A program made the position numbers and the translations under genes. A DNA stretch of 64,000 nt, from the sequence record NZ_CP029448.1; one strand, written 5' to 3'. Positions 10,013 through 24,233 of the stretch are shown one piece after another. Positions within the stretch are counted from its first letter, which is position 1, and each line of letters begins with the position of its first letter. The notes beneath the pieces are model-generated. The model ran no database searches and had not been told where the DNA came from. It worked only from the letters and a program-made list of their open reading frames with translations. The DNA is from a plasmid.

Positions 10013-12079
10013 TCAATTTTGTTGCCATTCCTTTACAACAGCTTCCCAATTGGCCGTTCTCTCGACCAATTTCCCATCAGCATCCTTTCTTGTCCAAACA
10101 TCCCAGAAATCAGGGTCATCAGAATGGGGTTGCTGCTCTTTCGTCAAATTTTTCATTTTAACTAAGACAGGAAGTTCAGATGCCCAGCCCATCAGTATTG
10201 CATGTTGAGATGGCAATGAAGGCAATTCACGGAGTAATCCTCGCAAATTGTCGGGTACCATTTTATGAACTTGCTCCTGATCTTTGTCATTGCTAATTCG
10301 ATGCAGAAGAAAAGTATTACATTGAGATAAAACTGTAGGTGATAATTCTGATGGTCGTTGCGAAGAAATAACCATACCGAGACCAAATTTCCTGCCTTCT
10401 CGTGCAATTTTCTCAAATACTTGACAGCAAACAGCTGCGACATCCTGATTTTCACTGTCCTCACGATACCGTTTAATAAATGTATGTGCTTCTTCAGCAA
10501 CAAGTACCGTAGGTAAAGATTTGTTATATAGTCGTCTATAACGTTGCAATGATTCAAAAATAATTCTTGAAATGACAGCTGTCACAAGATGAGTAATTTC
10601 AGTTGGTACTAAAGAAAGATCAATAATTGAAACGCAGCTATCACCATCACCATCTTTCCCAATATATGTTTCTAACCAATTAGCCAAGTCAACTCTATGC
10701 TCTGAGTCATTGGTTATGGGTTTCATTCTTGTATCCGCAAGCATTGTGCGTATTCTAGCTACTAGATATTCAACATATTGCTCGCTACCATTTTCTTGTG
10801 CTAACGCCTCTAAATAGGAGACTAAATTATTTCCGTCAAAAGGGACGGGGATATCCTCGTTTTTAGGAAGGAGTTCACACTCATCGCCTCCAAGGCTCTG
10901 AAATGAAGATAACACTCCATTTATGATGTTATCAACTGCGCTAACTTTAGCATTGTAATCTGGATATCTGCCTTCTCTTTGCCCACAAAAATCTTGAATA
11001 GAGATGATTAATTTATCTAGCTCAGGGCATGGTGTAGTTAATCTCGCTTTGTATTCTTCCAGACTCTGACGCCAAATATTAATTTTAGCCAAAAGATTTT
11101 TGGCTCCAGGGAAATCATTAAGTGCCGCTGCTCCTTTAGATTTATCCGCTTTTAAAGAAACCAAAATTGTACCTAGGTATTTTTTAACTTCTATATCTAT
11201 ATTCTTTTGTAAATCAAATTCTTCATTTCTCATTGCTCTCAAGGAGCGTTTTAGTAATGGAAGTTGTGCTTTAGGACTTGCTTGCGTGAATGATGCCCAC
11301 TCCGAACTATTCCAAAACCATGAGGGTACTTGTAATTGGTTTTCACTGCCTTCAGCCTCAACCTTAAATACTCTACCTTTAAATTTCGTCGTTGGCCCCA
11401 AAGCACGTGCATACTCGCCGTTGGGGTCTAGGATGATAAATCTGGCATTTGGTTTTATTTGTGATTCCAATGCAGATTCGAGTGACCACTGGATTAATCC
11501 AGATACAGAGCAAGACTTACCGCTACCAGTATTTCCGAGCACTGCTATATGACGACCAAATAATCTATCAGGATCTACAGCTACATTTGCATTGTTCGCA
11601 AGTGGACTTTGTCCAATGATCACTCGCCTATTATTTCCAGATTCGACTATTGATCTAAGTTGTAAATCTGTCGGTAGTAAAATAGCAGCCCCAATAGAAG
11701 GAAACGATTCAGAACCTCGTTGAAATCTGAAATAATCAGTACCATCTTTGGACAAACGTTTAAGCATTCCCACCGGATTCAAACTTATTTTTTTTCGGGG
11801 GAATGGTAGATTTACTAAACCAAATTCTTGAACATCTCTTTGTTTTGGATAAGGCGAATGTTCTACAGCAAGCCACTCTATTTGCCCAACTAAGTAACCA
11901 TTATCACATGATATTAATACATAACTGTTTACTCTTGGAAAGTTTCTAGGCGTTCCTGCATTCAAAGCAACAGTATCAGGTGAGTCAATCTCTAATATTG
12001 CTCTAATTTCATTAGGTGAAACAAAATCTACAGTGCCGACCCTGAGTTGCTCACCTTGTTCAATCGGAAATGAGTTCAT
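10013..12079 (-). CDS. herA: HerA-like ATPase of the Sir2-HerA anti-phage system
   Basis: Walker A GNTGSGKS, Walker B LVAEEAH, 688 aa. Overlaps the upstream SIR2 gene by 4 bp (ATGA). AT-rich. Confidence 0.75.
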   Translation of the reverse strand: MNSFPIEQGEQLRVGTVDFVSPNEIRAILEIDSPDTVALNAGTPRNFPRVNSYVLISCDNGYLVGQIEWLAVEHSPYPKQRDVQEFGLVNLPFPRKKISLNPVGMLKRLSKDGTDYFRFQRGSESFPSIGAAILLPTDLQLRSIVESGNNRRVIIGQSPLANNANVAVDPDRLFGRHIAVLGNTGSGKSCSVSGLIQWSLESALESQIKPNARFIILDPNGEYARALGPTTKFKGRVFKVEAEGSENQLQVPSWFWNSSEWASFTQASPKAQLPLLKRSLRAMRNEEFDLQKNIDIEVKKYLGTILVSLKADKSKGAAALNDFPGAKNLLAKINIWRQSLEEYKARLTTPCPELDKLIISIQDFCGQREGRYPDYNAKVSAVDNIINGVLSSFQSLGGDECELLPKNEDIPVPFDGNNLVSYLEALAQENGSEQYVEYLVARIRTMLADTRMKPITNDSEHRVDLANWLETYIGKDGDGDSCVSIIDLSLVPTEITHLVTAVISRIIFESLQRYRRLYNKSLPTVLVAEEAHTFIKRYREDSENQDVAAVCCQVFEKIAREGRKFGLGMVISSQRPSELSPTVLSQCNTFLLHRISNDKDQEQVHKMVPDNLRGLLRELPSLPSQHAILMGWASELPVLVKMKNLTKEQQPHSDDPDFWDVWTRKDADGKLVERTANWEAVVKEWQQN

Positions 12080-13467
12080 TCAGCATCCTCGCTATTATTT
12101 GAAATTGTTGTACGATATAAACCCCTTGATTTCAATAGTTCTGCCATACGAATTGATGATCTGTCTATCGCTGCTTTAGGAAGATAAAAATCCACTAAAT
12201 TCTTGATATCTCCAAAGTGGTCACCAAGTAATAAAGATATTTGAGCTTTTCTTCCACTTTCGTTTACAAAGCGCATAATTCTACCGAGTGGATCGCCGTA
12301 GGCAATTATTACTATATGCGTTGAGGGTATTGTCAGCATGTCAATAATAACACGGTTTATATGTTCATCTCCAAAACTATAACCATATGTTACCAAAGTA
12401 CTATTAGGACGACATGTTGCAGATGCTAAGTCTCTGAATAGTTCAACATAAGGGTATTCTGATGTTTCTCGGTCTTTAACCGAGTTTGGATAAATCATTA
12501 ATTGATGATAGTTCGCTGCTCCAGCAGCCTCCACTTGTAAAAAGGGTTCCACCGAACTCGCACCAAAAGGTAATCCAAATCGCCTTATGGCTCCTTCGGT
12601 AGTATACCAGTCCAATGAGCCATGTAATTTAGTAAAGCGCGCCACACCTTCCAAATATCTTGGTTCACCACGAATACCCGGTGGATTATAATGATAGTCG
12701 ACTTCTAGTCGCGAAGATCTGAAAATAGGCGCTATAGTACCAACAAATCTGTCAATTAGTCGAATACCTGCTATTTCAGCTCCTGCTTCAATTATCCTGT
12801 CGTAATTCGTCGTGAAAATATGTAATCGATCCCTTGTCGCTGTTCGACTTGAAAAACTCATCAAAAAACTTACTAAATAATTAAACGTTTGTGTTTTTAA
12901 ATCGTTTTTTGCATCGCGAATTAACTTTTCCCCATTACTAACTGAATCTGAGAATAATTTCAAACATCTTGTTAGCTCATTATTTAACTCAACTAACTCA
13001 CTTTTTAAATTTCGATATGGGAGAGCACCAGGAGGCGGTTCTGGAAGTGGGAGATTTTGCGCAGTTAAAATCTCTAATCCTTTAATTAACTCATTAATTG
13101 AACGGATTTGGTCTTCAATATTACCTCTTCCTCTTCCTGAGGCTTCAGCTGTTTTAGCTACATAACTATCTATTTCAGCCTTGCAAACTTTGAGATCATT
13201 AATCCATCCCATGCCTTGAGGTTTCGTGCCTGTCGCTGACTCTTGGATTGCTGAACTAAGTCCCGCGCCAATAAGTATATTTAGGTGTTCAGACTGAAAA
13301 AGAGCAGTTAACCAAGGTTCTATTCTTAAACGCAAAAAATCAGGAGTGATTTTATCTCCTGGTTTTGCCCATGAGCAGTGTCCAACAACTTTAAATGCAC
13401 CAACTTCGCTGTGTGGATCCAACTGAACCGGAGACTGGTCATCTCCAAGCTTTAAGTATTGACTCAC
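12076..13467 (-). CDS. SIR2-family (NADase-type) protein of the Sir2-HerA anti-phage system
   Basis: Motifs NILIGAGLS, TTNYDRIIE and YGYSFGDEH are typical of defense-associated SIR2 domains. 463 aa. Confidence 0.75.
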   Translation of the reverse strand: MSQYLKLGDDQSPVQLDPHSEVGAFKVVGHCSWAKPGDKITPDFLRLRIEPWLTALFQSEHLNILIGAGLSSAIQESATGTKPQGMGWINDLKVCKAEIDSYVAKTAEASGRGRGNIEDQIRSINELIKGLEILTAQNLPLPEPPPGALPYRNLKSELVELNNELTRCLKLFSDSVSNGEKLIRDAKNDLKTQTFNYLVSFLMSFSSRTATRDRLHIFTTNYDRIIEAGAEIAGIRLIDRFVGTIAPIFRSSRLEVDYHYNPPGIRGEPRYLEGVARFTKLHGSLDWYTTEGAIRRFGLPFGASSVEPFLQVEAAGAANYHQLMIYPNSVKDRETSEYPYVELFRDLASATCRPNSTLVTYGYSFGDEHINRVIIDMLTIPSTHIVIIAYGDPLGRIMRFVNESGRKAQISLLLGDHFGDIKNLVDFYLPKAAIDRSSIRMAELLKSRGLYRTTISNNSEDAE

Positions 13468-13474
13468 TTTGAAT

Positions 13475-14044
13475 TCATCCTTCGTTAGAGTTAATAGCTG
13501 TTTTTCTTTTCAGCCTAAAATAGGTCGCCCTTGATATACCCGTTTTTTCCATTACTTCCTTAACTTGTACGTCCTTATTAATCAATTCATTAGCTAATTC
13601 AGCCTTCTTGTGAGGCTTTCTTCCGAATTTGACCCCCTTAATCATAGCGGTCTTCCGCCCATCGTTAGTTCGCTCCAAGATCCTTTCTCGTTCCGCCTCG
13701 GCAACAGCTGCTAGTATCTGGATAACCATTTTTCCCATTGTGCCTTCAGTACTAAGACCATTCTCTAGAAATCGGATAGCGATGCCTTTTTTATAGCAAG
13801 TATCCACAATACGAATCATATCAGCGGTATTACGTCCTAGACGATCCATTTTAGTACAGAGGATGATGTCATCTTTCTCCGCTCTGGCAAGGAGTCTCTG
13901 TAGCCCTGCACGCTCATCAGTTGCTCCTGACATCATGTCAGTAAATACACGATCATCCCTCACTCCCGCTGTTTTGAGTTCAGTAATCTGGCTCGTCAGT
14001 TTCTGATGGCTGGTTGATACTCTTGCATATCCTAATAATGCCAT
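13475..14044 (-). CDS. tnpR: serine recombinase / resolvase TnpR
   Basis: MALLGYARVSTSHQ... has the catalytic Ser motif. C-terminal HTH. Confidence 0.9.
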   Translation of the reverse strand: MALLGYARVSTSHQKLTSQITELKTAGVRDDRVFTDMMSGATDERAGLQRLLARAEKDDIILCTKMDRLGRNTADMIRIVDTCYKKGIAIRFLENGLSTEGTMGKMVIQILAAVAEAERERILERTNDGRKTAMIKGVKFGRKPHKKAELANELINKDVQVKEVMEKTGISRATYFRLKRKTAINSNEG

Positions 14045-14203
14045 TTTGGTCTCATAAATCGATATTGATACTGCGTAGTATCATAAGGTATAAATCGCGA
14101 TTTTTGATACTAATGTATGATGCCGTTTTGAGCAGTCTCACAATTTATAATATTTGAGACGGTTAAAAAAAGGACAGAACTCCCGTTTACGAAAGGATGC
14201 GCA
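14045..14203. promoter_or_regulatory. res site region with divergent tnpR/tnpA promoters
   Basis: AT-rich intergenic region between divergent tnpR and tnpA, containing short TATCATA/TGATA-type repeats. Confidence 0.5.
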
Positions 14204-17200
14204 ATGAGTGATGACTTTCTTACCAGCGAACAGACAGAAAACTACGGTCGCTATGTGGCAGACCCAAATGAGGTTCAGCTGGCTCGGTATTTTCATCTGG
14301 ATGAGCGTGACCTTGCTTTTATTAATCAGCGACGGGGAAAACATAACCGGCTGGGGATTGCACTTCAGCTGACTACGGCGCGCTTTCTGGGAACGTTTCT
14401 TCCTGATCCCCTTCAAATTCCCTCATTCATCCGTTTTTACATTGCGGCACAGTTGAACATCAGCCGACCAGAGATCCTTTCCCGGTATGCTGAAAGAGAA
14501 AATACCCGCTGGGAGCATCAGGGGCTTATCAAGCTCTATTATGATTATCATGATTTTGGTGATTTCCCCTGGACATTCAGACTGAAGCGTTTGCTCTATA
14601 CTCGCGCCTGGCTCAGCAATGAGCGTCCAGGTCTGCTGTTTGATTTTGCTACCGCATGGTTGCTGCAAAATAAGATCCTGCTACCCGCAGCCTCGACTCT
14701 GACAAGGCTGATTGGCGAAGTACGCGAACGGGCAAGTCGACGATTATGGCGAAGGCTGGCTTTGTTGCCTGACAGCTGGCAGAAAACACAACTGGACGGT
14801 TTACTTGAAATACCTGAAGGGCAGCGTATATCGGTGCTGGAGGAGATGCGAAAAGGTCCTGTCACTATCAGTGGGCCGTCATTTACAGACGCCCTGGAGC
14901 GATATACCCGACTGCGTAGCATGGAGTTTTCCCGGTTGAATTTCTCCGGTCTGCCTGCCATCCAGCTGCGGAATTTGGCCCGTTATGCCGGAATGGCTTC
15001 GGTGAAATACATTTCAAGAATGCCTGACGAACGGCGACTGGCCGTGCTTACTGCGTTTGTGAAAGCACAGGAAATTTCGGCGCTTGACGAGGCCGTGGAT
15101 GTGCTGGATATGCTTATTCTGGATATCACGCGTTCTGCAAAAAATATCGGGCAGAAAAAGCGGCTCAGGACCCTGAAAGATCTTGATCGTGCCGCGCTAT
15201 TACTGGCACGGGCATGCACGTTATTACTTGATGAGAACACCGATGAAGCAGCTCTGCGGCAGGCTATTTTTCGCCGCATACCAAAGGACAAACTGGCTGA
15301 ATCCGTCGGCAAGGTAAATGAGCTGGCGCGCCCGCAAGATACTCAGTTTCAGGATGAAATGGTGGAACAATATGGACGGGTGAAGCGTTTCCTGTCCGCG
15401 ATGTTGCGTGACTTACACTTTCAGGCCGCCCCGGCCGGGGAGCTCACGTTGTCAGCAATCCATTATCTGGCCGAACTGAGTGGCTCAAAAAAGCGAATTC
15501 TCGACGATGCACCAGAGCAAATCATTTCCGGCCCATGGAAACGTCTGGTCTACGACAGAGATGGTAGGATTCTACGAGCGGGTTACTCGCTGTGTCTTCT
15601 CGAGCGCCTTCAAGATTCTTTGCGCCGTCGTGATCTCTGGCTGGAGAACAGTGATCGGTGGGGGGACCCGCGTCAAAAATTGCTTCAGGGAGCTGAATGG
15701 CAGGCACAACGCATCCCGGTATGTCGGGCGCTGGGTCATCCATCAGACGGAACTAAAGCAGCAGAACAACTGGCTACGCGGCTTGATGACACATGGAAAT
15801 CAGTGGCTTCACGTTTTGCCTGCAACGCAGCGGTCAGCATAAGCAATGAAGGTAAGCATCCCTCACTGACGATTAGCAGTCTGGATAAACTGGATGAGCC
15901 ACCGGCACTGATACAATTGAATCGTCGGGTAAGAGAATTGATCCCTCCGGTTGATCTGACGGAGCTGTTGCTTGAAATAGATGCCCGAACCGGTTTTACC
16001 CGCGAATTCAGCCACGTCAGTGAATCAGGTGCTCGGGCGCAGGATCTCCAGGTCAGTCTGTGCGCAACACTGCTGGCAGAAGCCTGCAATATAGGGCATG
16101 AACCCCTGATAAAGCATAATATTCCCGCGCTTACTCGCCATCGTCTGAGCTGGGTTAAACAAAATTATCTCAGGGCAGAAACGCTGGTCACCGCTAATGC
16201 ACGGCTGGTTGATTTTCAGTCCACGCTGCCGCTCGCGGGGTACTGGGGAGGTGGTGAGGTTGCCTCCGCAGATGGTATGCGTTTTGTCACACCGGTTAAA
16301 ACGGTTAATTCCGGACCAAATCGTAAATACTTTGGTTCAGGACGCGGTATCACCTGGTACAACTTCGTCTCCGATCAATACTCCGGTTTCCATGGCATTG
16401 TAGTTCCCGGGACGCTTCGTGATTCCATCTTTGTACTGGAAGGGCTTCTGGAGCAGCAGACCGGGCTGAATCCGGTAGAAATTATGACGGACACGGCAGG
16501 ATCCAGCGATATCATTTTTGGCCTGTTCTGGTTACTGGGCTACCAGTTTTCCCCTCGTCTGGCCGATGCAGGCGGGGCGATATTCTGGCGGGCAGATAAA
16601 ACGGCACATTATGGTGCCCTGAATGAGCTGGCCCGGGGATGTGTTGAACTGTCAAAAATAGAATCCCAATGGGATGAAATGATGCGAATGGCGGGCTCAC
16701 TGAAGCTTGGGACCATCCATGCATCAGAGCTTATTCGTTCACTGTTGAGAAGTAGCCGACCATCTGGTCTGGCTCAGGCGATTATGGAAGTGGGCCGGGT
16801 CAACAAGACGTTGTATCTTCTCAACTATATCGATGATGAGGATTACCGGCGTCGGATCCTCACTCAGCTCAACCGGGGAGAAGGACGCCATGCAGTGGCT
16901 CGAGCCATTTGCTACGGACAACGTGGTGAGATTAGAAAACGCTACCGTGAAGGGCAGGAAGATCAACTCGGTGCTCTGGGTCTGGTGACCAATGCGGTTG
17001 TGCTGTGGAATACACTTTACATGCAGGAGGCGTTGTCACATCTTCGCAAATCGGGGGAAACACCTGAAGAGGAGCATCTGGCAAGATTATCGCCGCTGAT
17101 ACATGGCCATATAAATATGCTGGGACATTATACGTTTTCGTTACCGGAAGATATTCTGAAGGGCGAGTTAAGACCATTAAATTTGAATACAAACAATGAA

Positions 17201-17212
17201 TTAACCTCTTAG
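14204..17212 (+). CDS. tnpA: Tn3-family transposase TnpA
   Basis: 1002 aa. The stop lies within the terminal IR, as in Tn3/Tn21-like elements. Confidence 0.9.
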   Translation: MSDDFLTSEQTENYGRYVADPNEVQLARYFHLDERDLAFINQRRGKHNRLGIALQLTTARFLGTFLPDPLQIPSFIRFYIAAQLNISRPEILSRYAERENTRWEHQGLIKLYYDYHDFGDFPWTFRLKRLLYTRAWLSNERPGLLFDFATAWLLQNKILLPAASTLTRLIGEVRERASRRLWRRLALLPDSWQKTQLDGLLEIPEGQRISVLEEMRKGPVTISGPSFTDALERYTRLRSMEFSRLNFSGLPAIQLRNLARYAGMASVKYISRMPDERRLAVLTAFVKAQEISALDEAVDVLDMLILDITRSAKNIGQKKRLRTLKDLDRAALLLARACTLLLDENTDEAALRQAIFRRIPKDKLAESVGKVNELARPQDTQFQDEMVEQYGRVKRFLSAMLRDLHFQAAPAGELTLSAIHYLAELSGSKKRILDDAPEQIISGPWKRLVYDRDGRILRAGYSLCLLERLQDSLRRRDLWLENSDRWGDPRQKLLQGAEWQAQRIPVCRALGHPSDGTKAAEQLATRLDDTWKSVASRFACNAAVSISNEGKHPSLTISSLDKLDEPPALIQLNRRVRELIPPVDLTELLLEIDARTGFTREFSHVSESGARAQDLQVSLCATLLAEACNIGHEPLIKHNIPALTRHRLSWVKQNYLRAETLVTANARLVDFQSTLPLAGYWGGGEVASADGMRFVTPVKTVNSGPNRKYFGSGRGITWYNFVSDQYSGFHGIVVPGTLRDSIFVLEGLLEQQTGLNPVEIMTDTAGSSDIIFGLFWLLGYQFSPRLADAGGAIFWRADKTAHYGALNELARGCVELSKIESQWDEMMRMAGSLKLGTIHASELIRSLLRSSRPSGLAQAIMEVGRVNKTLYLLNYIDDEDYRRRILTQLNRGEGRHAVARAICYGQRGEIRKRYREGQEDQLGALGLVTNAVVLWNTLYMQEALSHLRKSGETPEEEHLARLSPLIHGHINMLGHYTFSLPEDILKGELRPLNLNTNNELTS

Positions 17213-17245
17213 CGTGGTTTTTTACATCATTGGACCTCGAACCCC
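17208..17245 (-). repeat. Tn3-family right terminal inverted repeat
   Basis: Reverse complement matches the left IR at 36 of 38 positions. Confidence 0.85.
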
Positions 17246-17520
17246 AGTGTGCGCTCTCTTGCTTGGATGGCATTACGTTCTGGCCCAACGTTACTGTAGC
17301 GAATCCGCAGCAGTATCAATCAAAGCCTCCTGTATCCCGCGTGAAGAAAGACGCTACGTTGCGCCCGTTCTTCCACGGCTTCGCTTGCCGCCCCGCTACG
17401 GCAGATTCGAAGTATTCATCGAAATGTCATCCTTTAGAAGCAGTGCGGTAACAAGGAATTTCTATCCTTTGCATCGCGAACCGCAATTGTGCGGCCAGCA
17501 ATATTGCGAAAGGTGATCAA

Positions 17521-21926
<4,406 letters not shown>

Positions 21927-21944
21927 GGTGATGGATGGTTGCGA

Positions 21945-22346
21945 TCCAGCGCTTGGCTTGTCAGCCTAGGGAAACTCTGAAAAAGACTTTCTGATTTGGC
22001 AAAATACCGCGACCCCACCCACCGAGTTTCCCGATGAAGCAGATGACCTTCGCCGACGCCGAGTACGCTGGCAAGCGCAAGCAAACCCGCAAGGAGTTGT
22101 TCCTGATCGAGATGGATCGGGTGGTGCCGTGGAAGGGCTTGATTGCTTTGATCGAGCCACATTATCCGAAGGGTGAAGGTGGCCGTCCGGCCTACCCGTT
22201 GATGGCGATGCTGCGTGTGCATCTGCTGCAGAACTGGTTCGGCTACAGCGATCCAGCGATGGAGGAAGCGCTGTACGAAACCACGATCCTGCGCCAGTTT
22301 GCCGGGCTGAACCTGGAGCGCATCCCCGACGAAACCACCATTTGTT
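21945..22346 (+). mobile_element. truncated IS5-family (ISKpn26-like) element, copy 2 (left end only)
   Basis: The same transposase N-terminus as copy 1 (identical for about 105 aa, 22034-22346), then unrelated sequence. It is inverted relative to copy 1. Confidence 0.55.
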
Positions 22347-22354
22347 GGCGCTGA
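22034..22354 (+). pseudogene. IS5-family transposase N-terminal fragment
   Basis: MKQMTFADAEYAGKRKQTRKELFLIEMDRVVPWKGL...PDETTI, then divergence. Confidence 0.6.
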
Positions 22355-22788
22355 TGGAAAATTGACCCACCCTGCCGATTGAAATTTGACCCAGGGCGGA
22401 TTGCTGATTTTGTTACCAGCAACTGTGGATAAGTCTACCAGCGCAGCTGCTGTTGCCCCCACTCCTTCGCTAGCCCAGTTCAGTTGTTTAAGACCTGCCA
22501 CACGCAGCCATGTAGCAGGCCGTCGTCGCCATGAAATCAGAACGGCTCATCGTATAAAATGTGGCAAAGAAAGGTGATGCCAGCGCCAGCGTTAACAGAA
22601 CTAAGGCGAGCGGTATGAAGCGGTTGCCGGCGAAACTGCCATTGCCGATCGCCGTCATCGTGCGGAACATCTCACTTAGCGCCAGGATCATCATAAAACT
22701 GCATAAAGCCATGTATAACATTAAAACCACTCCTTACTGCCCGCGTGCTAGGGTCGTATTTCCGGCTAATTCCAGATAGTCCCGGCCC

Positions 22789-22998
22789 TTATCGTGGTGC
22801 ATAGCCCTCTTCAGCCAGTGCTTTCATGATCTGGTTGATTCCATCCATCATCAGATATGCCTCAATATCTGACGTCGCCAGGCCGCGGCAGTCACTGAAT
22901 CCCAGACGCTTAACCAGTTGCGCCAGAGCCTGCGCTTCTCTGTGTGTCAGCTGTATATTCACTTCAACGGGTTTTTCGTGGCGAATTTCATCTTTCAT
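22789..22998 (-). CDS. hypothetical small protein
   Basis: 70-aa ORF MKDEIRHEKPVEVNIQLTHREAQALAQLVKRLGFSDCRG... in a coding-looking high-GC block. Start chosen to avoid overlap with the next gene. Confidence 0.3.
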   Translation of the reverse strand: MKDEIRHEKPVEVNIQLTHREAQALAQLVKRLGFSDCRGLATSDIEAYLMMDGINQIMKALAEEGYAPR

Positions 22999-23000
22999 GG

Positions 23001-23219
23001 TCAGAGTCCTTTTTTGATGTTTCGTGAAATGTACCAGGCTTCTTTTGCCTGAGCTACAGCCCAGATCCAGACGAGAGTTGACACAATGCACAGCCCCGTC
23101 ATGTTCCAGAAATGACCTGTCGTATATTCATGGCCATGAAGCAGGAGGCCGGCGCCGGCCGCCAGGCTCATGACCAGGAAAAGGACGGCTGCGCCGGCGT
23201 GATAAATGATGCTGAACAT
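23001..23219 (-). CDS. small membrane protein (2 TM)
   Basis: 72 aa, two hydrophobic helices. Confidence 0.3.
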   Translation of the reverse strand: MFSIIYHAGAAVLFLVMSLAAGAGLLLHGHEYTTGHFWNMTGLCIVSTLVWIWAVAQAKEAWYISRNIKKGL

Positions 23220-23263
23220 GTAAAACCCCCTTCTGGCGACGGTAGCGCCAGTCTCTGTCTGTA

Positions 23264-23947
23264 TTAAATGGTCGCCGCCTGCCGGGCGTCTGCCTGCATC
23301 ATGGCGTCAATCAGGGCGCCGGCGCAGGCAATATTCAGGCACGTCATGTTCGATTTCAGGGGCGCCATCATGTCCGCGCGGCTTCTTTTCAGAAACGGCT
23401 GCAGCGGACCACGATAGCCCTGTGAGGTCACGATAATCAGCTGAGTGGCCGCATCATGCAGTGCCGGCACGCCGGCCAGAATATCCTGCTCAGCCGCGCT
23501 GATATACACGGGTGAACCGGCGATCACAAAGCGCTCGTCCGGGCAGCGTTGCATCAGCTCAGCCAGGGAGGCGCAGCGGCCCGCCAGCGGGGGCCGTGCC
23601 GTCAGTGAGCCCCAGACGGTCGCCGGCGCGAAGGGCATGGCGTGAAACGTTGCCTCATACGCGACCGCCGGATCGGTATGGTGGCGCAGCCCCAGACCGG
23701 CCGACATGGCCCACAGCTCGATGCCCGGCCACCGCGCCGCGATACCGCGGGCACGCCGCCAGTGTGCGCCCCGGTAAAGCTCTCCCGTTTCCAGCACCCT
23801 GCCAGGACGGCGGGCAGCCTGGGCGATCAGCCTGTACCAGCCGTCAAAGGCGTCATCAAGGGAAGTGTCGCCCGGAAAAACGGTATCCTCCACGCTGCCC
23901 GCCTTGCGCCGGGTACAGGTGGTGATGAGGTGAAGACGTCTGTTCAT
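23264..23947 (-). CDS. hypothetical protein (high GC)
   Basis: 227-aa ORF whose stop overlaps the upstream gene (ATGA-type coupling at 23944-23947). Confidence 0.4.
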   Translation of the reverse strand: MNRRLHLITTCTRRKAGSVEDTVFPGDTSLDDAFDGWYRLIAQAARRPGRVLETGELYRGAHWRRARGIAARWPGIELWAMSAGLGLRHHTDPAVAYEATFHAMPFAPATVWGSLTARPPLAGRCASLAELMQRCPDERFVIAGSPVYISAAEQDILAGVPALHDAATQLIIVTSQGYRGPLQPFLKRSRADMMAPLKSNMTCLNIACAGALIDAMMQADARQAATI

Positions 23948-24216
23948 TCAGGGCCTCCCGGCTCTGGTGCGTCTGTGCCTGCCGCGCGCGGTTCGCCGGG
24001 CCGCCGGGCACGAATATCGGGCAGACCCCGGCAGGCATCGTTCCAGTGCGTGCCCCGATCGGGGTTATTGGCCAGCTTACTGATCCAGGTTTCTGACACA
24101 TTCCAGCGGCGGGCCAGCTCCTTCTGCTTCCAGCCTTTCGCCCTGAGCAGCGCTCGCCACTCCTGCGGGGAAAGCGGCGCCGCCGTGATGCCGGCCGCAT
24201 GACAGGTCGTTTTCAT
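23944..24216 (-). CDS. small HTH DNA-binding protein
   Basis: MKTTCHAAGITAAPLSPQEWRALLRAKGWKQKELARRWNVSETWISKLAN... is XRE-like. Confidence 0.4.
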   Translation of the reverse strand: MKTTCHAAGITAAPLSPQEWRALLRAKGWKQKELARRWNVSETWISKLANNPDRGTHWNDACRGLPDIRARRPGEPRAAGTDAPEPGGPE

Positions 24217-24233
24217 CGCGTATGCTCCCGGCC

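Larger units (their letters stand above)
9815..17245 (+). mobile_element. Tn3-family transposon (tnpR-res-tnpA backbone plus 3.6 kb cargo)
   Basis: 38-bp IRs GGGGTTTGAGGGCCAACGATGTAAAAAACCACGTTAAT (9815-9852) and reverse complement GGGGTTCGAGGTCCAATGATGTAAAAAACCACGCTAAG (17208-17245). The tnpA stop codon lies inside the IR. Flanking 5-bp direct repeat AGTGT at 9810-9814 and 17246-17250. Confidence 0.85.

Noticed and set aside
10192-10557. 121-aa minus-strand ORF inside herA in another frame, and the plus-strand ORF 11100-11552.
   Set aside because: They overlap the HerA-like ATPase gene. AT-rich, Ile/Leu/Lys-rich translations are typical of frame artefacts.
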